From Perkinsela sp. CCAP 1560/9 (taxonomy: Eukaryota; Protista; Euglenozoa: Kinetoplastea), in the NCBI GenBank assembly GCA_965644495.1, contig CBFFSA010000006.1:853724-917723 (forward strand): a DNA stretch of 64,000 nucleotides. The letters are read 5' to 3'. The notes under the pieces were generated by a model that was not told the origin of the DNA, did not search any database, and saw nothing but the letters and a program-made list of their open reading frames with translations. This document shows, in pieces, positions 54,639 through 64,000 of the stretch. The translations under genes were made by a program, and so were the position numbers. Every line of letters begins with the position of its first letter. Position 1 is the stretch's first letter.

Positions 54639-55277
54639 TATATTACTGTGTTCCTCTTTATATTTTCACTGTTTTTGTTCACTCTTTTTCAATAATCGAG
54701 GGTAGAGCGGTAGTTGTCCACCGCAATTGTTTTCTTAATCCATTGTGTACAAGTATACCTGGGTCACGTAATCAATGTAATAAGCGGGTGGTGGTAATAG
54801 GCGTAGGTTATTTATCGTTTTTAAAAAAAAATCCTTAGACTAGCATCGTAGGTAGCGGTTGACCGAGCGTATGCAGTTACAGGCAACCTTTTTTCAGAAA
54901 CGCAAAAGGGAGTTGGAAATAGGGATGGTGGACCTAAAAATGTTCTACGAGCATGCAAGGCCTTTCGTGACAATGAGTCTTCTGTTCTACTGATAATACA
55001 TTCTCCTCCATTCTTGCGGAGGCTCCCGTTGCACTTCTCGGCGATTGCTTGCACTCTGTCTGCTCTTCTACCTGATTTCCTTCCCAAAGTGCTCCCTTCA
55101 CGCTTCAATCGCTTATTTGCCATTGAGTTAGCAATAGAATAGCAAGAAATTATGTATATAGCAATAGGCAGGGGTGTGGAAATGGTGCTGTGGAGGTACA
55201 GCAGGATGAGACCATGGAGAATTTCCTTCGAGAGTGGGGAATCTTACTGTAGAGAATTGCGCTGCCACGGAGAAACA

Positions 55278-56340
55278 TTATTTGAAGAGGTTCAGGAACT
55301 CCGACCAGCGTTCTCGTTTGAGGGCGTAGGCGCCCCGGGCATGAATTCTTAAAAGTTCGTAGGATGCTTTCCGCGTGCGCTTCGGGGCATGCACGTTCAG
55401 GATGTGGGCCTGCAGGCCTATGAGGTGTTGATGTGTGGCTCCGCACTCGGCACACACGTGTGCCCGGAGGGCAGAGCGTTCCTCAATAGCTTTTTGAACC
55501 TCGAAGAGGCCCCAGAGTGAGTCCAAAGTTAGTGCCCTTCTCGTGCGTGCCTTCTGTTCCACGAGGGAAGTAACGGCGTGCTCTTGACTCATGGCTGCCG
55601 CCAGCCTCCAAGCAAACAGGCATCGGCTCGGACCTTCTGTCCCCCGGCGCAGACTCATGGGGTCAAGGAGGAGCCTTTGGCGCACCTCTTCGAGGGTCCT
55701 AGATTGTTGAGACGTGGTGGGTAGTTTGTCAAGGTCCTCATCGATTTCTGGAGTGTCGCGGTCGGTAGGAGTGACCCGCCTGTGTTGGTGCCCCCCCCCC
55801 GCCGACTTGCCTATAACATTCGCGAAGGAGCGGTGGGAAGTTCTGTGTGGGGGGAGGGGTGCGAAGGTAATGTGAGCAGACTTCTTCAGGATGGGTGAAG
55901 GATTTCCCTTCTGCTGGTCGTGCCTGCTAGCGGACCGGTGCCTAGCCCGAGAGGAGCTTCGTTCGCGCCTCCGAGAGGCTGACCTGCCCTCGGTCCGAGA
56001 GGGGCGTCGTTCGCGCCCCCGGGATGACGTTCCGGTGGAAGTAGTTTCTCCGTCCGGGTTACGGCCATTAGAGTCGTTTCTCTTCTGTGATCGGAGTTTC
56101 AGGAAGTTGTCGCAGTAGCGCATGTCACGCCTCTCCTCAGAAAAAAAGAGCACCGCAAAAATCGCATTCCCGTGAGAACAACTGTTTAGGGCGGACATCT
56201 AGGTCCGGGCGGGCTCTCTTCAGCTCTTCGATGGAGATGGTGTAGCTCCGGGACGCCGTCATTGGCGTGGGAGCTATTTTCTCGACGTAGAGAGGAGGTA
56301 GATTGTCCTCTAGGGGCCGAAGTAGATGGGGTTGTCCCAT
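55278..56340 (-). pseudogene. Zinc-finger/RS-rich ORF, probable retroelement ORF1 or N-terminus, frameshifted near 56140
   Basis: ECDFCGALFF|SEERRDMRYC and C2H2 CAECGATHQHLIGLQAHILNVH; GC-rich; opposite to the gene-cluster strand. Confidence 0.55.
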
Positions 56341-56477
56341 GACTGGAATCCTTGTGAAGCCGGCTGCCGCGTTTGAAGCTGGTCATTGGCGAGAGCCGGG
56401 GAGAGAGAGAGAGAATAGGAAAGGAAAAGAGGACGAAACGTTTGCCCTTGTGTAAGATTGTAGGTGCGCTGGATGTA

Positions 56478-56793
56478 CACCCCCGCCAAAAAGTATTGTC
56501 CACAAAAATGGCCGACACAAAAAGTATTGTATTTATTGGTATCGACCATTTTTTTGAGTTTTGACCAGAATTTTAGTTTTTTTCTCGAACTTTCCAGAAC
56601 TTTACATAATGAGTTCTGATATACGCGGCCACTTGATCGTGATATACGTTTACAAGGATCCCATATGATAAAGTCCAACTGTTTGGAAGCCAGTAGCAAC
56701 TCGTGGAAATCGACAAAAAGTATAGTATTTATTAGTATCGACCAAATATTCGTGGTCGATACTAATAAATTACAATACTTTTTGGCGGGGGTG
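56478..56793. mobile_element. MITE CACCCCCGCC family, copy 2
   Basis: TIRs plus TA TSD. Confidence 0.9.
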
Positions 56794-57075
56794 TATCCAA
56801 AGTTGTTATTATCAAAAGATTTTTAATGTTCGTAATATTGTACCAATGCTACACGTTTGTAAGATGAAACTACAGGCGCGTTGCCCTCCTCTTAGCCCGG
56901 AAGGTATGCAACAACCAGAGCGAACTGTCTGTGAAGTAAATACATGACCTTCACTGTGTTAGTTTTATAATACCAGCGATTTAAATCGAAACTCGAGGCT
57001 GACCATCCAAGTGGGTCCGTGGGGTCCCGGACCTGGGTCCGGACCCGTCGGGCCCGCAAAGGTATGAGTAATATA

Positions 57076-57305
57076 CACTCCCGCCAAAAAGTATTGTTCA
57101 CAAAAATGGTCGACACAAAAAGTATTGTATTTATTAGTATCGACCATTTTTTTGAGTTTTGACCTGAATTTTAGTTGATTTTCAGGAAATTAGCATAATG
57201 AGTTCTGATATACGCGGCCACTTAATCATCTCGAGTGACGTTGAGTGATTTCTCTCCTATTTTTATGCTTCACTATACGTTTACACAGATCCGATATGAT
57301 AATGG
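57076..57305 (+). mobile_element. MITE CACCCCCGCC family, truncated copy 3
   Basis: Left TIR and body match 42468-42700. Confidence 0.8.
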
Positions 57306-58092
57306 AGCCCATGCAGTTTTGGCTCGCAGTGGCTGGCAGCGTTTGACAGCGAACGGCAGTATATGGCAGCGCATGACACACAAAAATGACGTATGGAAAT
57401 TAACTTTCTTTTTTAGGGTCTTCGTTAAACGCGGTAGTTGAGTGGCTGCGGGTACTTCGACCGAGACCGCGGTTTGTATTTTCGGTGGGAAGAAATACAA
57501 AAACTGGCAAAAGTTTACATTTGTTTAGTACTTTTATGTGGAATTTCCGATTCGGTATACGCTTCTAGCTATATTTTCCTTTGTTTCTTTCTCTGAATCA
57601 ACTTCTTCCTTTTTACTAGCATAGTACATAGTAACATAGTACATTCTTCTTTTCCCGCAAGCTTTTCTCCTAAATTTTTATGTCTATCGAGAGCGATGAC
57701 GCATTGCAAGAGCGATTGACCGCTCTTGGGCCGGCTTACACCTCTTGGGTGGGCCGTGTTGACGTACTACTACTATTAAGTGGGGGGGTTACAGTTCGTG
57801 CATACTTCAAAAATATCTGCTTACGAATGTTCTTATGTCAGCGTTAGTACCATCAGTATGATAGCAGTGCCAGGGAAGACCACGAAGAGGTCCCGACCTT
57901 ACTTCCCCATTTTGGGTTGCGCCCAGAAGTTAAGTATTGTTGACTAATTTGACTCAAACGAGACGTAGTGCGTTCTAATTCATTTCCGAAACAGTATAAC
58001 TAGAAACTAAATAGAAATTAAAGCATACGGTAAAAAAATAACCCGGGGGGCGGAAATACCGTGAAAACATTAATTAAGAATACCATAAATTA

Positions 58093-58700
58093 CCGTCCGA
58101 TCCATAATTACTGCGGTGAAAAATCATTGCACATTTAATTAGTGCACATTTAATTAGTGCGATAATTAATTTTTTTATTTTTTGTGGAGAAACTCTTCAT
58201 TTTTTATTACTTTTTCCTGCTATGGCCCCGTCGCAGTCGACGCTTGCCTCAAACAATTTTTGCGTATCACGGCATGTGGCAGATCTTGTGGAGGAACTTG
58301 AGTCTAAACGCTCATCGCGCAAAGCAAAGGGAAATACGTGGAGTGATGAAGAAGCACGTGAATTCCAAGCACTTTGTGAGAGTCGTTCCGTTTTGACTAG
58401 CATGCAGATTTGGAATCAAACGCACGGTAAGAAAATGTCTGAACGAAGTGCCTATGCTTTGAAAGACCATGCTCCAACAGCTAACCTTCAGAATCCTTGT
58501 GCGCAAATTACTTTTTTGACCAGATATTTGTTAACCATTAATCTTCCGAATTATTTTGTGCGAATTATTTTCTGCCTTTTTCTAGTTTTCCAAGAGATAC
58601 AGTTCCGCTTTTAATTAGTGCACATTCAATTAGTGCAGTAATTATTCTCTTAAACTCCCCTGCACTAATTGAAGTTATTCCTTAATTATGGATCGGACGG
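58093..58700. mobile_element. TA-CCGTCCGATCCATAATTA element with a residual HTH/Myb-like ORF
   Basis: Perfect TIRs and TA TSD; internal peptide GNTWSDEEAREF. Confidence 0.85.
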
Positions 58701-58882
58701 TAAAATATTAATAATTAATTTTTTCTCAGACGACGGTCTGGCATGATAATTTCCATACAGACTAGTAGGAAATGGTGTGGGAGACAACACCAGTTTCCTC
58801 GAAAGTTCGACATTTAGGGGAAAATTTTCTCACACAGAAACAAAAATTATGTTTTTATTCACAAAGCATAAATTAGCAAAGT

Positions 58883-59074
58883 AACCCAGGCTAAAGTGGA
58901 CGATGGAGATACTAAAGGCACATTTGGCAAGCTACCACAAAAATGGAACAGTATCCCCCGGTTTGTTAAGCATTCTGATGTGACCCAAGAATTTAACGGG
59001 AGATACTGTTCCAGTTTTGTGGTAGCTTGCAAAATGTGCCTTTAGTATCTCCATCGTCCACTTTAGCCTGGGTT
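58883..59074. repeat. ~190-bp fold-back palindrome
   Basis: ~75-bp arms nearly perfectly complementary. Confidence 0.9.
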
Positions 59075-59096
59075 GCACATAGCCATCAAAACATGC

Positions 59097-60215
59097 TCCC
59101 TAGGACCTCTTACAGATTCCCACGCGAGGAAGTCGTCGTCGCCGCGGCAAAAAGACAAAAAGCTCCGCCTTCTGCCTTTTTGCCTCGCGCCTCCTCCTTC
59201 CACTTCGGCCTTGCGTGTCACACACTTCCGGGTAACTTTTGAACTTTGTAGATGCATTACCATGGCAGACTGAAGAAATATCGAATGAAATCAAAGCGCA
59301 TACAGGTATATCAGGCCCCAAACTCTCAAAAAACGGTCTAGGAGCTGATTTGGGAAAAATATATTTTTTGACTTTCACCCATAATTTTTCAGTTTTTTTT
59401 TCAAAATTTCGAAAATTGCTATGATCATCCTGGTGTGGAGGGGGGGCAGGGGGTACCCATCGGAATTGTTGAAAAACTAGTGGTCTTGTCACTCAAATCG
59501 ATTCATACGTCTTTGTAAACATTTTTTTCGAAAACTCACCTGAAACGACACCGGGCACGAAATCGGGCCACAAATCGGGCACGAAATCGGGCCACAAATC
59601 GGGCACGAAATCGGGCCACAAATCGGGCACGGCGAATTAACCTATGGAGTAGTATCTCCCTCAATATTCCTATACTTAGGCAATATTCCTATACTTATGC
59701 CCTAGGACCTCTTACAGATTCCCACGCGAGGTAATCGTCGTCGCCGTGGAAAAAAGACAGAAGGCTCCGCCTTCTGCCTTTTTGCCTTGCGCCTCCTCTT
59801 TCCTCTAAGGCCTTGCGTGTTACACACTTCCAGGTAAATGTTGGACTTTGTAGGTGCATTACCATGGCCCCAAACTCTCAAAAAAGGGTATAGGAGTTGA
59901 TTTGGGAAAAATATATTTTTTGACTTTCACCCATAATTTTTCAGTTTTTCTTCAAAATTTCGAAAATTGCTATGATCACCCTGGTGGGGAGGGGGGGGGC
60001 AGGGTGTACCCATCGGAATTGTTGAAAAACTAGTGATCTTGTCACTCAATTCGATTCATACGTTTTTGTAAACATTTTTTTCGAAACCTCACCTGAAACG
60101 ACACCGGGCACGAAATCGGGCATGAAATCGGGCCACAAATCGGGCATGAAATCGGGCCACAAATCGGGCACGGCGAATTAACCTATGGTAGCGAGGGAGT
60201 AGTATCTCCCTCAAT
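59097..60215 (+). repeat. Tandem duplication of a ~0.5-0.6 kb unit containing 12/24-bp repeats (cgggcacgaaat-cgggccacaaat)
   Basis: Units at ~59097-59665 and ~59700-60215. Confidence 0.85.
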
Positions 60216-60229
60216 TAATTTTTAAAGTA

Positions 60230-60557
60230 CAGTGAAGTATTCAAATACGAGTGGATTATATTACGGTTATTTTTAATTACGGTTATTTTTAATTAAGATA
60301 TTTTTTTGGCCCCGAAAAAAAATACTTTTTTTCATGTCTATCACCATCGACCTCACTTTCATACGAAGCACATGCCTTTATAAAATGATCACAGACGAAT
60401 CCATAGGCTTGGGCGCCTAAACGTTACTCAAAGTGTGTGTTCAAAAGTTATTAATTTACGACTGGATTATATTACGGTTAATTTAATTAAGATTAATTTT
60501 AGCCAAAAATAACCTTAAAAGCGTAATTAAATAATACCGTAATTAAATATTACACTG
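60230..60557. mobile_element. MITE TA-CAGTG...CACTG-TA
   Basis: TIRs; left end also seen at ~40582-40610. Confidence 0.7.
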
Positions 60558-60587
60558 TAATTAATTACCGTCAAAGTACTTATTTAA

Positions 60588-61525
60588 TTTCTTTTTTGGG
60601 CTCTTCGTTAAACGCGGTGGTTGTTTTCAACTTAGAAGTCACTCATGCTGCGCGCTTCGCGTTGAAAACTACCACCGCGTTTAACGAAGAGCCTAAAAAA
60701 GAAACTTTAGCCTGGAAAACGGAAAGATCATAGCCAAAAATAGCCGAATTTCGGGTAACAATGGGGTGATTTTCGCGTATTTTTGCTGGCAGAGCACTAA
60801 ATTCGACATTTGCGACTCGGGGGGTCCATGGGGGGGGTCCATGGTCCAGGGGGGGGGGGCATGGTCGAGCAAATTTTTTCGAAAAAATTAGTTTTCGAAA
60901 ACAAAACGCAGAACGGGTAGCCGGGGTCTTGGCGCGCATTTTCCACCGCGTATCCGCAGGACGGGTCCGCCAAGTTCGGATTTTTTCGGAAAAAAAATTT
61001 TGAAAAAAATTTCAACTTGGCGAAAAAAATGGCAAAAAAACTATTTTTCCAAAATCGTTTCCCCTATTGTATTTTGATAGTTTGGGACCTACACTAGCTT
61101 TCTCCGCAGTAGTTTTCGCAAGGTATCCCTTCTTCGAACCGTGGTGCGCCCCTCAAAATGACCCATGTTTGACTAAAAAAGGTGAAAAAATATTTTTCGG
61201 ACCTAAAGGGGCATTTTTGTGTCGAAAGAATGGTATGGTTGGAGTCGCATTCTCTACCCAATACGTTCGGTAGGCTTTCATTCATGCCTGCGAGTGATTT
61301 CCCACGCGCAAATGTCGGATTTAGTGCTCTGACAGCAAAAATACACGAAAATCACCCCATTTTTACCCGAAATTCGGCTATTTTTGGCCATAATCTTTCC
61401 GTTTTCCAGGCTAAATTTTCTTTTTTAGGCTCTTCGTTAAACGCGGCGGTAGTTTTCAACGCGAAGCGCGCAGCATGAGTGACTTCTAAGTTAAAAACAA
61501 CCACCGCGTTTAACGAAGAGCCTAA
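60588..61525. mobile_element. Fold-back copy A4 with palindromes at both ends
   Basis: 60588-60814 in + orientation, then a switch to a minus-strand copy at ~60819-61525. Confidence 0.9.
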
Positions 61526-61998
61526 TTAATTAAGAGACAGATTAAATAAGGGAACGCCAATTAAGGGAACACAAATTAAGGGAATAATTATTTTTCGTCT
61601 ATTTTTGGCATTTTCAGGCAACTAATATTTAATAATTATTTTTTCCACCCATGGCCCAGGCACCCCCAAACCCTGCGGAGCGTGCATAGCAATATTTCAG
61701 AGTTTAGGTTAAAAAATAGAAATATGCAACCAAAATGTGATAATACGTGAATTATCCACTGATTAACACACTTTCTCGAAATTTCACTTGTTATCACACA
61801 ATTCACTTATTATCGCACCGAAAAAAGTGTGATATTGGGTGCCCCCCCTCTACCTATCTGATGATCTTGGGCTATTTTCAACTTGATTCCCGCAAAACAA
61901 TTAATGGAACATAAAATAAGGGAACACTAATAAAGGGAATGATTTTTTTTAAATCATTTTCCCTTAATTAGTGGAATTCTTAATTAATGTTTTCACGG
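61526..61998 (+). mobile_element. CCGTGRAAAC MITE family copy, left end disrupted
   Basis: Matches 53825-53975 and 54490-54638. Confidence 0.75.
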
Positions 61999-62328
61999 TA
62001 AATGTTATTGTTATAAAATGCGTCACCGGTAAACGGGGGACCAGTTTAGCATACCTGTGACCTGATACCATGCCAGTGGGTGTATGGTATCGTGACCCAG
62101 GTTCGATAGCATACCCCCCCCTGGTTTTTCAGACAGACAACATGTGATGTCGACTTCTTGTTTGAGGTGGCCCATGTAAATCATAACCTTACAGAGCATT
62201 ATTCGTTTGTTTTCTTTGCTGTATTTCTCTACTCTATTTCTTTACTGTACTTATCGCGTTTTTTCACTTCTATGACTTTTACTGGTGAATAACACATCGG
62301 TGGGTATGTTGTCCCGAAATGCCGTTTA

Positions 62329-62984
62329 CTCCCCCTTTCATTAATTTCTATAAATGCCTTACCGAACTGTTTTAGAAAAAACTTATAGATTTGTGAAAAT
62401 TTATATTTTTGCTCGGAGGTCAACTTTTGCGACAGTTCTTTTCGGAACTATGCCTATCTTGGATCAAGACAAGGACGAAGCTCCTGAAACTTTCGCTCCG
62501 CAAAGTGCTGATCAACCTTTTGCACTCTGAAATTATAACCACTGCACATTCTTTTCGTCCACAGCAGCGGTTTTATATTTGTCGTATCTAAGTTTTTCTG
62601 TGGTTTTGCTTAGTGTCGTGCAAATCCTCTTTAGGTATACCATTTTCTTTCTTTAGGTACCATTTTCTTTATTTGCTATACTTCAAGCTTGAAAGTAAAT
62701 TGATTGCACGAAACAAATTATGCTACGTATGCTTTAATACTCAGTACAGCATCTTTTTTTGCATTATTTATAGATTTCTTTTCAATGATTCAATCGGTCC
62801 GCCTGCATCCATGGCGAAATCCTGAGAGTATCCCGCACCCGGGAGGCCCACAAAAGTATGTTACGTCCACCCACCAAAGTAACCGACCAACGAGAACACC
62901 CCACTTCATTAATTTCTATAAATATAAATATAAATTTGTTTTTTTGTTATAATTTATATTTATAGAAATTAATGGAGGGGGGAG
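62329..62984. mobile_element. TA-CTCCCCC...GGGGGAG-TA element (Stowaway/mariner-like TIR)
   Basis: TIR ctccccc...cattaatttctataaat; related left end at 43115. Confidence 0.85.
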
Positions 62985-63072
62985 TAGTTCCTTAATACTG
63001 ATTTCAAATCGCACATTTTATTTGTCTTGAAAGCTTTACCTATAACTTTACCTATAACGCGAACTGTGTGAA

Positions 63073-64000
63073 ATGCAACGTCTAATTTCTTTAAAGGCCG
63101 TTCCTTCTGCTAAGATTAGCTTTGGAACACATCGGCTTGTGATACAGACTTTAAGATGCCTAACAATTCTTGAAGGCGGGTTCAATAATATTCTTGTAAG
63201 TGGCGCGAATACACGTTCTGAAGAGTTTTCTCAAAATACTGCACGTATGACCAAACTCGTAGCTAAATTAAAAACATTAGTTTCAGAAACCTCACAGGGA
63301 GGTGGCATAAAGTCCAGAAACCTACATCAATCTCGTGGCAAGCTTTTTGTTCGCGATCGTATCAACCTTCTTTTGGATCCCGCAAGTGATTTTCTAGAGT
63401 TTTCTCAGCTTGCCGGGCACGAGCTCTATTCCCCTGATTTATGTCCATGTGGAGGTCTTATTACTGGTATTGGTAGCATACGCGGCGTGAAATGCATGAT
63501 TGTTGCAAACGACGCGACAGTTAAAGGGGGTGTGTACTATCCAATTACTGTAAAAAAGCATCTTCGTGCCCAGAAGATTGCATTACAGAATCGACTCCCT
63601 TGCATTTATTTGGTTGACAGTGGTGGTGCGAACTTGAATATGCAGTCTGAAATTTTTCCCGATGAGCAGCATTTCGGCCGCATCTTTTATAACCAAGCGA
63701 GACTCTCTTCAAAGGGAATTCCTCAGATTGCAGCGGTGATGGGCTCCTGCACCGCTGGTGGAGCCTATGTTCCTTGCATGTCGGACGAAGTCATCATGGT
63801 TCGGGAACAGAGCACCCTATTTTTGGGAGGTCCTCCGCTCGTCCAGGCTGCCACAGGAGAGAAAGTTTCGGCCGAATATTTGGGAGGTGCAGAAGTCCAC
63901 TGTCAACGCAGTGGAGTCGCTGATCACATGGCGGAAAGTGACGCTCACGCCTGCTATCTCACACGTTGCTCCGTGGGATCAATTTCTAAAACCGATCATA
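63073..64000 (+). CDS. MCCB: 3-methylcrotonyl-CoA carboxylase beta subunit (3' truncated by the window edge)
   Basis: Open from ATG 63073 to the edge: [60 protein letters not shown]; absent from the ORF track because it has no stop. Confidence 0.93.
   Translation, partial: MQRLISLKAVPSAKISFGTHRLVIQTLRCLTILEGGFNNILVSGANTRSEEFSQNTARMTKLVAKLKTLVSETSQGGGIKSRNLHQSRGKLFVRDRINLLLDPASDFLEFSQLAGHELYSPDLCPCGGLITGIGSIRGVKCMIVANDATVKGGVYYPITVKKHLRAQKIALQNRLPCIYLVDSGGANLNMQSEIFPDEQHFGRIFYNQARLSSKGIPQIAAVMGSCTAGGAYVPCMSDEVIMVREQSTLFLGGPPLVQAATGEKVSAEYLGGAEVHCQRSGVADHMAESDAHACYLTRCSVGSISKTDH

Larger units (their letters stand above)
53106..54746 (+). mobile_element. Palindrome/hairpin element subfamily B with hairpin ends on both sides and nested MITEs
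   Basis: Inverted hairpin-end 53106-53195, palindrome ~53205-53312, body, hairpin end at 54706-54726 plus a 20-bp extension. Confidence 0.8.

Overview
Eukaryotic DNA that is most likely from a kinetoplastid or close relative. This is an inference from intronless genes all on the + strand, pyrimidine-rich tracts before ORFs, and a kinetoplastid-type mitochondrial PolI. Positions 1-29.3 kb form a compact unidirectional gene cluster: IMP peptidase, 2 LRR proteins, PolIB-like polymerase, Rpc31-like, PHD protein, CstF77-like, RPL3, CCA enzyme, SPT16, SDHAF4, RAE1 and UBA2. From 29.3 to 63 kb a few more + strand genes (APC transporter, PDI, LSm4, a coiled-coil protein, MCCB truncated at the edge) sit among densely nested mobile DNA. 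This includes a pogo-like DD35D transposase relic split by two insertions, a Tc1/IS630-like DD35E relic, a DIRS/VIPER/TATE-type RT-RNaseH relic, and more than ten TIR families. The most unusual item is a recently active, non-coding ~890-bp element family. It has a 119-bp palindrome at one end, a small hairpin with an asymmetric inverted repeat at the other, and inserts at A^T without a clear TSD. It also shows end-bypass, fold-back rearrangements, and a tRNA-like (CUA anticodon) unit sharing its terminus. These features suggest a rolling-circle (Helitron2/Helentron-like) or otherwise undescribed mobilisation system whose enzyme is not encoded in this window. All alignments were done by eye; no database searches were run.
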